Shown: piece by piece, positions 10,358 through 17,660 of the stretch | How the letters are laid out: every line of letters starts with the position of its first letter | How positions within the stretch are numbered: the first letter of the stretch is position 1 | DNA from: Opitutus sp. GAS368 | GTDB lineage: Bacteria > Verrucomicrobiota > Verrucomicrobiia > Opitutales > Opitutaceae | NCBI GenBank assembly: GCA_945861645.1 | Contig: CAMAVZ010000025.1 | Span: forward strand, 1 to 29,671 | Length of the DNA stretch: 29,671 nt | Direction: 5' to 3' | Program-made: the position numbers and the translations under genes | Notes under the pieces: model-generated | What the model was told of the DNA's origin: nothing | The model's database searches: none | Seen by the model: the letters and a program-made list of their open reading frames with translations, nothing else

Positions 10358-12436
10358 TTATAAATCCCAACTCACACCTGCCGTGGGGAGCAGGGGTAAC
10401 ATCTCGCGGGGCTTCCGCTTCACGGTGAGGACGCCGCCGCTGACGCTCGTGTCGTAGTCGTAGGCGATCGCGTTGCTCTGATCATAGGCGTTAAAAATAT
10501 CAACGAAGACCTTCAGCTCCCCGTGGCGCAGGGCAATCGTGCGCGAAGCTCGTAAATCAAGCCGATGATAAGCGGCCAATTGCGCTCCTAGGGTTGCGCC
10601 AAAGCTGCGGACGGTGACTCGTGAGCCGGTGCTCAAGGTGGCGAGCGAATAGTTTACCAACGTGATGGGCCAGCCCGTGTGATATTGCCACGCAGCGCTG
10701 AAGCGCCATTGGGCGTTCGGGCTGTAAGTGAGATCAGCATAGAAAGCATGGCGCTGATCGCGCAGTCCGGGCAGAGTGACGAGGCCAATTTTTTCGCGGG
10801 CCTGCGAGAGGGCGTAACTGATCGTCCAGTCAAATTTCCCCTGACCACGGCGCTGCGCGAGTAACTCAACGCCTTGGGCTTCGGCCGAACTCGGTGTGAG
10901 CAAGAGGCGATCGGTTTGGGCTTCGGGAAAAACATTGTACGTATCGTAACGGTTGAGCCAGTGCGGGCGCGGATGAGCAGTCAGGCGCTGGTAGGCTTCG
11001 ACGCGAAGGTTGAGGCCCGACGCAAAACGGTGATCGAGGCTCAACACGCGGTGTTGGGCTTGCTCCGAGCGTTGGAAGGTGGGGTCGCCAAATTGTACGG
11101 GCAACTCGTGCAACCCTTGGGCTTGCGCATAAACTCCCCACGCCGCCCGCAAGGTGGTGCGCGAACTGAGGGTAAGTGCGGCGTTCAATCGTGGGCTGGT
11201 ATCCGCATCCTGCGATGCCGTGTGGCGGTCAAAGCGCAGGCCCGGTTCGAGCGTTAAGGCGGGAGTAACGGCGAGGCGTGGCGCGAGGAACAGGGCGGTC
11301 GTCGTATCTCTGGGCGACGGTGCGAGTGTAATTGTGCGCGGCACTCCGCTGAGGACCCCGCCGCTGACTACGGGATCTTCGCGGAAAAGGTGGTAGGAAT
11401 AATCGGCGCCCGATTGGGCAAATTCCCATCCGCCGCGGAGATAAAAAGTGGAGCTGGCCCCGTAGCTCCAGTCTTGGCGCAGATCGTAAGTGGCCAATGA
11501 GCGACGGTCGCGGAGGTTGATTTGGTAACGATTGCCGTAAAGTCCGCTGCCGTCGCGGTGCCACGTAAGCCACGAAGCGGTGGCGACGGTTTCGGCGGAC
11601 ACATTATGATCAAATTGCGCGCGCCAGCGCCCCCAGAGGTAGTCGCTGTTGTAGGCGCTGCGTAGTTCAGGTCCGTTATCGTCCAGCACGCGCAAGGTGT
11701 CGCCGGAGTGGAGCGCGTGCAGTGATACGGTATGGCCGGGGGCGAGATCAAACTCGGCCTTGGTGTAGGCATCCCAGTAACGCGGGAAAATATCGTCGGC
11801 ACGGCCTTGGGCGCGCAGCGCAATATCGGGATAGCCGCGCCGGATGCTGCCGAACCACCGGCCCGATCCCTCCGGGAAAGTGCCGGCGGCGCCCGCGCGC
11901 ATGCTGGTGAGGCTTAGTCCGAGAGAGGCCTTGAGCTTTTGCCCGTTGGCACTGAGCGTTTCCATCGTGAGCACCCCAGCGGCACGATTACCGTAGTCGG
12001 CATTAAAACCGCCGGTCATGAGGTCAAGTTGACGGATCGTGTGAAGGTCGATGATCGAAAGAGCGCCATCGACATCTTTGAGGTGAAATGGCTCCAGCAA
12101 ATCAGCTCCGTCGAGGCGAACGAGCAGTTGTCTTTGCGGCGCGCCGCGCACCCAGAACTTAGCGGTGAAATCATCAGCCGTAACTCCGGGCAACCGCGCG
12201 ATGGAGCGGAATAAATCTTCGCCCGCTTGCGGCAGGCTTTCCAGATCGCGTTGGCTCAAGGTTGAGGGCGAGCCAGCGCCAGCGTCCGACAGATCAAAAT
12301 GGCTGGGCGTGACCACAAAGCGCTCAAGCTGCACGGTTGGCTCCGCTTTGGTTGGAGCGCGCTGGGCATTGAGCGAGAGGGCGGAGGCGGTTAGGAGCGC
12401 GCTCGTAACCGCCCATCGATAGGGAGACGGATTCAT
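10358..12436 (-). CDS. TonB-dependent outer-membrane receptor (plug plus beta-barrel), substrate unknown
   Basis: Signal peptide, TonB-box-like VQLERFVVT, plug motifs LPGV..FWVRG..LDG and GGFNADYGNRAAGVL; barrel motifs EPGLRFD, SPRL, YHRLDLR and DIFNAYD; ends GVSWDL. Confidence 0.85.
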   Translation of the reverse strand: MNPSPYRWAVTSALLTASALSLNAQRAPTKAEPTVQLERFVVTPSHFDLSDAGAGSPSTLSQRDLESLPQAGEDLFRSIARLPGVTADDFTAKFWVRGAPQRQLLVRLDGADLLEPFHLKDVDGALSIIDLHTIRQLDLMTGGFNADYGNRAAGVLTMETLSANGQKLKASLGLSLTSMRAGAAGTFPEGSGRWFGSIRRGYPDIALRAQGRADDIFPRYWDAYTKAEFDLAPGHTVSLHALHSGDTLRVLDDNGPELRSAYNSDYLWGRWRAQFDHNVSAETVATASWLTWHRDGSGLYGNRYQINLRDRRSLATYDLRQDWSYGASSTFYLRGGWEFAQSGADYSYHLFREDPVVSGGVLSGVPRTITLAPSPRDTTTALFLAPRLAVTPALTLEPGLRFDRHTASQDADTSPRLNAALTLSSRTTLRAAWGVYAQAQGLHELPVQFGDPTFQRSEQAQHRVLSLDHRFASGLNLRVEAYQRLTAHPRPHWLNRYDTYNVFPEAQTDRLLLTPSSAEAQGVELLAQRRGQGKFDWTISYALSQAREKIGLVTLPGLRDQRHAFYADLTYSPNAQWRFSAAWQYHTGWPITLVNYSLATLSTGSRVTVRSFGATLGAQLAAYHRLDLRASRTIALRHGELKVFVDIFNAYDQSNAIAYDYDTSVSGGVLTVKRKPREMLPLLPTAGVSWDL

Positions 12437-12493
12437 TTCATTAAAGACTGTCAGGATTATCAGACGAAAAATAGCGCGGCATGTGGGTAAAGC

Positions 12494-14050
12494 TTAAGGC
12501 CGCAGGGCGGCCGACTGGGGTTTAGTGGTCAGCGCAAAATTATCCGTGCGGAACGGAGTGACGGGCAGGCCATCATAGGAGAAAAGATTACAGACGGGGT
12601 TGTCTGCCCAGGCATAGCGCACCGCGAGTGGGGCCGGCACTGCGTCGCTCCAGACCTCGACTTGGTCGGGGGCAATAATTTTTCCACTCGCCCCATGCCA
12701 GACATGGTCGGCCCCGCAGATGGCGAATCCTCGAGCTTCCTGCACATCAAAAGCGCGCAGCGTGCTACCAAAACAGTCGATCGTGAGGGTGGCTTTATTT
12801 CCGACGATTTGGAGGTTTTTAAATTCAGGGCTGCGGTAGGGGAATTTCAGACCATAATCTTGGACGAGGGCCCAGCGCACGAGGCGGGAGGCGATATCGC
12901 GTTTATTGCGTGGGTGAATGTCTTTGCCCTCGCCGAGATCGATGATGACCGCTTGCCCAGTGTGGGGCAGGTGCAGCGCTTTCGTCTGGCTTTCGCGCAG
13001 TTCCGCCCAAGCGCTTTCGCCAGGGATAGCTTGTTCGTCTTTGAAATCGGCGAGTTGGACCCAGTAAAAAGCGAGATCCGGCTGTTGCCATTCAGCGCGC
13101 CACTGCTCGATGAGCAGCGGGAATAAATCGGCGTATTCGTAGGCGCGACCAGCATTGTTCTCCCCCTGATACCAAATTACTCCCTTAAGCCCGTAGCCGA
13201 GGGTGGGGTGCACCATGCCGTTAAAAATATTGCCCGGCCGACCATTGCCGGTGAGCCAATTGCGGGGATCTTGGGGAGCGGGTTTAAGGGGCGGTTGGGC
13301 CTGAGCGTTGGCTGCTTTCCATTGAGCCATGGCTAGCTCGTGGTCAGTCTGCACTTGGCTGGAAAGCAGGGCTTTTTCCTTTTCGGTGGTGAAGCCTAGC
13401 AACACTTGAAAGCGGCCATCTTTTTCAATGGTAGACCGGCGCATCCACGCCTCGGCGGCAGAACCGCCCCAGGAATTATCGATCAAACCTACGGGCACGC
13501 CAAGAACTTCATGCAGATAGCGGCCGTATAAAAAGCCGATGGCGCTAAATTTACTCGCTTTCGCTGGAGTAGCTGTCTGCCAGGCTCCTTTAAAATCATT
13601 CTGCGGTTCTTGGGTGCCGACCATCGGGACCGAAATGAGACGAATTTGTGAATGGTTGGCGTTCGCAGCTTCGAGATCACCATTCCAGTCGTTACTCAGC
13701 TTAAACTGCATGTTAGACTGGCCGGAGCACATCCAGACTTCACCCACGAGCACGTCTTGAATAATTCGCGTGGTTGTGCCTTTGATCGTGATGGTTCGGG
13801 GGGCCGTATTCGCGGGCAAGGCGGCCAGCTTAACGGACCATTTGCCATCGGTCCCAGCGATGGCAGTTTGTTTATCGCCGGCGAAGGTGACGGTGATTTT
13901 TGTACCCGGCGTATCCCAGCCCCACAGGGGATTGGACTGCTTTTGCTGCAGCACCATGTGATCGCCTATAATAGCGGGGAGTTTAAGTTCCGCCCGTAAA
14001 GCGGAAGCGAGCGTGAGCGCGAAGATAAACAGAGTGCCGATAATTTTCAT
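12494..14050 (-). CDS. Secreted sialate O-acetylesterase (SASA/SGNH) family protein
   Basis: Signal peptide; LPAIIGDHMVLQQ, VGEVWMCSGQSNM (catalytic Ser), WGGS..EAW, GVIWYQGE, DIHPRNK (DxH) and VRYAWADNP. Confidence 0.9.
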   Translation of the reverse strand: MKIIGTLFIFALTLASALRAELKLPAIIGDHMVLQQKQSNPLWGWDTPGTKITVTFAGDKQTAIAGTDGKWSVKLAALPANTAPRTITIKGTTTRIIQDVLVGEVWMCSGQSNMQFKLSNDWNGDLEAANANHSQIRLISVPMVGTQEPQNDFKGAWQTATPAKASKFSAIGFLYGRYLHEVLGVPVGLIDNSWGGSAAEAWMRRSTIEKDGRFQVLLGFTTEKEKALLSSQVQTDHELAMAQWKAANAQAQPPLKPAPQDPRNWLTGNGRPGNIFNGMVHPTLGYGLKGVIWYQGENNAGRAYEYADLFPLLIEQWRAEWQQPDLAFYWVQLADFKDEQAIPGESAWAELRESQTKALHLPHTGQAVIIDLGEGKDIHPRNKRDIASRLVRWALVQDYGLKFPYRSPEFKNLQIVGNKATLTIDCFGSTLRAFDVQEARGFAICGADHVWHGASGKIIAPDQVEVWSDAVPAPLAVRYAWADNPVCNLFSYDGLPVTPFRTDNFALTTKPQSAALRP

Positions 14051-14173
14051 GGGGAAAAGGGCAAGCTGACCAGAGGGCTGTTTGGCCCGAGGTGAGCGGA
14101 GAGGTAGAGAATGACAACGCAGGATTCTGCGGTTGTAAAGTCCACCCTGCGCTTACGAGCAAGTGCGCTAGTC

Positions 14174-15445
14174 CTACTCCCTGACTTGGCCCGTGCCGCG
14201 CACCAGATATTTATAAGTGGTCAATTCTTCCAAGCCCATCGGACCGCGGGCATGGAGTCGATCCGTGCTGATGCCGATCTCTGCGCCGAAGCCAAATTCG
14301 TGGCCGTCATTAAAACGGGTCGAGGCATTCCAGAGCACGACGGCACTATCAACGCCGGCGAGAAATTTTTCTGCAGTCGCGCGGTCCGCTGTCACAATGG
14401 TGTCTGTATGGTGAGAGCCATGCCCCTCAATATGCGCGATCGCCGCCGGGCAATCGTCGACAATTTTGACGGCGAGAATGAGATCGAGAAATTCGGTGCG
14501 AAAATCTTCAGGCGTGGCGGGCTGAACAGGGAAATTGTTTTCAGCGAGAATCGCGAGGGCGCGGGGCTCGGCGCGCAGTTGAACGCCACGGGCCGTCAAG
14601 AGTTGCCCCGCACGCGCTAAAAATTCATCAGCGATCTCGCGGTGCACCAAGAGCGTTTCCAGGGCATTGCAAACCCCCGGGCGGGAGCATTTGGCATTCA
14701 CGGTAATGTTGGCCGCCATTGCTAGATCGGCGGCGCGGTCCACGTAGAGTGCGCAAATTCCATCGTAATGTTTGATGACCGGAACGCGGGCCTGCGCCGT
14801 CACGGCCTCGATTAGACCGCGACCGCCGCGGGGAATCAGCAAGTCAATCACGCCGACTGCTTGGCTGAGTAAGCGCACGGACTCGCGATCAGTCACCGGA
14901 ATCAGTTGGACCGCCGTGGCCGGCAATCCCGCTCGGAGTAAGCCGCGCCCAAGCGCGGCGGCGATGGCCAGATTGGAGTGCAGCGCTTCGGAGCCACCGC
15001 GCAAAATGACGGCATTGCCGCTTTTGAGGCAAAGCCCAGCGGCGTCGGCCGTGACATTGGGGCGCGATTCATAAATGAAGCCGATGACACCCAGCGGCAC
15101 GCGTACTTTAGAAAATTGTAAGCCGTTGGGTTGGGTCCATTCCGTGATTATTTTCCCCACTGGGGCGGGAAGCGCCGCGATCTTTCGCAACCCCTGAGCG
15201 CAGGCGGCAAGGCGCGTAGGATTTAATTGGAGGCGGTCGATGAGCGTGGCCGTTTGGCCGGCTTGCCGAGATGCGGCGACATCGCTGGCGTTGGCTTGGA
15301 GAATGGTAGCCTCCGCGGCAAGTAGTTCATCCGCCATTGCGTTGAGGGCCGTATCGAGCTGCGTCGATGAGGTGCCCGCTAGGATGCGGGCAGCAGCTCG
15401 CGCTTGCTGTCCAAGTTGGGCGATGAGTGGGTCAAGATCAGCCAT
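14174..15445 (-). CDS. proA: Gamma-glutamyl phosphate reductase
   Basis: VPLGVIGFIYESRPNVT, KSGNAVILRGGSEA, PRGGRGL, catalytic PGVCNALE, NASTRFNDG and EIGIST..HARGPMGL. Confidence 0.97.
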   Translation of the reverse strand: MADLDPLIAQLGQQARAAARILAGTSSTQLDTALNAMADELLAAEATILQANASDVAASRQAGQTATLIDRLQLNPTRLAACAQGLRKIAALPAPVGKIITEWTQPNGLQFSKVRVPLGVIGFIYESRPNVTADAAGLCLKSGNAVILRGGSEALHSNLAIAAALGRGLLRAGLPATAVQLIPVTDRESVRLLSQAVGVIDLLIPRGGRGLIEAVTAQARVPVIKHYDGICALYVDRAADLAMAANITVNAKCSRPGVCNALETLLVHREIADEFLARAGQLLTARGVQLRAEPRALAILAENNFPVQPATPEDFRTEFLDLILAVKIVDDCPAAIAHIEGHGSHHTDTIVTADRATAEKFLAGVDSAVVLWNASTRFNDGHEFGFGAEIGISTDRLHARGPMGLEELTTYKYLVRGTGQVRE

Positions 15446-15450
15446 GATAC

Positions 15451-16215
15451 TCAGCGGGCGGAAAAATAAGTGCCGACGCGTTTACCAGTGACAATGGCTG
15501 CCAGCAGTCCCGCTCGGCGGCCGCTCGCAATCGCTACTGGAATGCCGGCTTTAACGGCCAATTGCGCGGCTTGCAATTTCGTCACCATTCCACCGGTGGA
15601 CAATCGGCCTTTTTCATCACGCACTAACGACGCGACTTCGGCGAAGTCGCGCACGAGCGGCACCACTTGGCCGGTGGCATTCAGGAGGCCATCGACGCTG
15701 GTAAGAATGACTAGCAGATCCGCTTTGATCAGAATGGCGACTTCAGCGGAGAGCCGATCATTATCGCCAAAATTCAATTCCTCGACCGCGACAGAATCGT
15801 TTTCGTTAATAATCGGGACGACGTTCCTGCGCGTGATGAGGTGGGCGAGCGTGTTGCGGGCGTTATCATGGCGGGTGCGGCTATCGAGATCGTTGTGGGT
15901 GAGTAGCAGCTGTGCGACAGCTAACCCCTGCCGGGCAAACGCACTAGCGTAAATGTGCATCAGCTGGGACTGGCCGACGGCGGCGCACGCTTGTTTGGCG
16001 GCGAGTTGCTTGGGCCGGGTTGCGAGGCCGAGGGTCGCTAGACCAGCAGCGACGGCGCCACTAGAAACAATAATGCATTGGTGGCCGGCTCGAACGAGTG
16101 CACCCACCTCGCGGGCGAGCCGAGCGATTTGTGGCCGGCTTAAACCGACACCTCGTTCGGTGGCGAGAATGCCAGAGCCGAATTTGAGGACGATGCGTTG
16201 GGGACGTTGCGCCAT
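15451..16215 (-). CDS. proB: Glutamate 5-kinase (short form, no PUA domain)
   Basis: Start at ATG 16215 (MAQRPQRIVLKFGS). VSSGAVAAG, AAVGQ, PIINENDSV, FGDNDRLSA and TGGMVTKL motifs; 254 aa, ending after GTYF. Confidence 0.95.
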   Translation of the reverse strand: MAQRPQRIVLKFGSGILATERGVGLSRPQIARLAREVGALVRAGHQCIIVSSGAVAAGLATLGLATRPKQLAAKQACAAVGQSQLMHIYASAFARQGLAVAQLLLTHNDLDSRTRHDNARNTLAHLITRRNVVPIINENDSVAVEELNFGDNDRLSAEVAILIKADLLVILTSVDGLLNATGQVVPLVRDFAEVASLVRDEKGRLSTGGMVTKLQAAQLAVKAGIPVAIASGRRAGLLAAIVTGKRVGTYFSAR

Positions 16216-16308
16216 GAATTCCCAGCCTAGCGCGGGTGGCCAGCGCAACAAGCCGGAATCATGGATATGTCTTATTTGCAAAAGCAAGTACCCGTGTTGA
16301 TTCGAAAC

Positions 16309-16337
16309 TTCAAGGGAAGGCTCCGCGGGTCTAGGTT
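16309..16337 (+). promoter_or_regulatory. Candidate sigma70 promoter for the metX-thrA leader
   Basis: TTCAAG (16309-16314) - 17 nt - TAGGTT (16332-16337). The -10 element lies inside the palindrome TAGGTTAACCTA; predicted start ~16343-16344. Confidence 0.35.
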
Positions 16338-16342
16338 AACCT

Positions 16343-16562
16343 ATGACACGGGGGCGGAAGCTATGACACGTCCACCTCTTGTCCGCCCCGAATGGGTGTC
16401 GTCTGATGGACTTAACACAAAAGCAGTTTTCCGTCCATGCCCACAAATTCCTACCCCCATTACGCGTCCATTTGTACCCCATCCAATGGGGGTGAATATG
16501 TGACGGAAGGTATGTTGGGTCGCCAGCCATCGTTCGTCCGCGCGTTGACGCGGACCACTTGA
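16343..16562 (+). promoter_or_regulatory. Structured 5' leader upstream of metX-thrA (candidate cis-regulatory RNA/attenuator)
   Basis: Three successive stem-loops (16343-16402, 16427-16510, 16536-16555), a competing helix 16502-16507/16533-16538, and short uORFs. Confidence 0.45.
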
Positions 16563-16571
16563 AATGAAAGC

Positions 16572-17660
16572 ATGGTATTTGTCATCCCCATGCCGACCGT
16601 TGCTGCCTTGCCGCTTATTTTTGATCTGGACCTGCCCGATCTCGCCCTCGCGCGGGGTGGCGTAGTCCTTTCCCATCACGCTCGTGGCTGGTGGTGGAGC
16701 CGGGCGGGAGACACGCCAGAATCGCCGCAGAAAAATATCCCGACTGTATTGTTGGTGCATGCCTTAACTGGCAGTGCGGAGGCCGGTGGACCTGAGGGGT
16801 GGTGGGCGCCGCTGTTGGGTCCGGGATGCGCGATCAATCCAGCACATTATCGCATTCTTTGCTTAAACAATCTTGGATCCTGTTACGGCAGCAGTGGACC
16901 CGGCGTGGCCGGTTTTCCTACGGATAAAAATATTGATCTCACCAGTCTCGATATTTCCCGCGCGCTGTTGCTGGCGCTCGATAAACTCGGGATCGATCGC
17001 GTGCATTTGACGGCGGGGGGTTCGCTCGGCGGTATGGTGACGCTCACGCTCGCGGCGTTGGCTCCCGACCGCTTTGAGCGACTCGCTCCCTTGGCGACGA
17101 GTGTGGCGGCCAGTGCTTGGGTGGTTGGCTGGAATCATGTGGCCCGGCAGATTTTACGACTGGATCCTGGTTACCCTCATCAGGTGGGTCGCGGGCTCGA
17201 GCTTGCGCGGCAATTGGCAATGTTGACTTATCGTGCCGAGCCGGGGCTCGATGCGCGGCAACCGCGGTCGGCCACCATTCAGCCCAGCGAGCCCGGATAC
17301 CCCGTGCAGCGTTACTTGGAGCATCAAGGGAAAAAATTGCGCGAGCGTTTTGAGGCGCAAGCCTACGAGCTGCAACTCGCCGCGATGGATCATCACGACT
17401 TGCGCCTCCCTTTGCCGGGCGACACGGTGCCAGCCATTAGGCGGATTCGCGCTTCCACCCTCGTGGTTGATGTGGACACTGATCAACTTTTCACCCCAGC
17501 CCAAGCCGACGCTCTCGTGCAACATTTACAACAAGCGGGGGCGTTGGTGGAGCGGACCACCGTGCGTAGTATTCACGGCCACGATGCGTTTTTAATGGAG
17601 TGGGCGACGCTGGGACCTATTTTGACCCGAGCCTTGCAGTTGCAGGCTCCCCAAAAATGA
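16572..17660 (+). CDS. metX: Homoserine O-acyltransferase (MetX family alpha/beta hydrolase)
   Basis: VHALTGS, GWW..LLGPG, NNLGSCYGSSGP, nucleophile GGSLGG, Asp in DTDQLF and HGHDAFL. The true start may be ATG 16590. Acetyl versus succinyl specificity cannot be determined here. Confidence 0.85.
   Translation: MVFVIPMPTVAALPLIFDLDLPDLALARGGVVLSHHARGWWWSRAGDTPESPQKNIPTVLLVHALTGSAEAGGPEGWWAPLLGPGCAINPAHYRILCLNNLGSCYGSSGPGVAGFPTDKNIDLTSLDISRALLLALDKLGIDRVHLTAGGSLGGMVTLTLAALAPDRFERLAPLATSVAASAWVVGWNHVARQILRLDPGYPHQVGRGLELARQLAMLTYRAEPGLDARQPRSATIQPSEPGYPVQRYLEHQGKKLRERFEAQAYELQLAAMDHHDLRLPLPGDTVPAIRRIRASTLVVDVDTDQLFTPAQADALVQHLQQAGALVERTTVRSIHGHDAFLMEWATLGPILTRALQLQAPQK

Noticed and set aside
16258..16276. 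Possible SahR-like operator ATCATGGATATGTCTTAT
   Set aside because: Only about half of the positions are palindromic; too weak without a position weight matrix.
16290..16366. SAM-II-like look (CCCGTGTTGATT...GACACGGG...GCTATGA) upstream of metX
   Set aside because: The TTGC/GCTAAA pseudoknot core is missing, the spacing is too long, and the 5' strand lies upstream of the predicted start site.
16341..16760. 139-aa minus-strand ORF spanning the metX leader
   Set aside because: Overlaps the 5' end of metX in antisense and has no recognisable domain.
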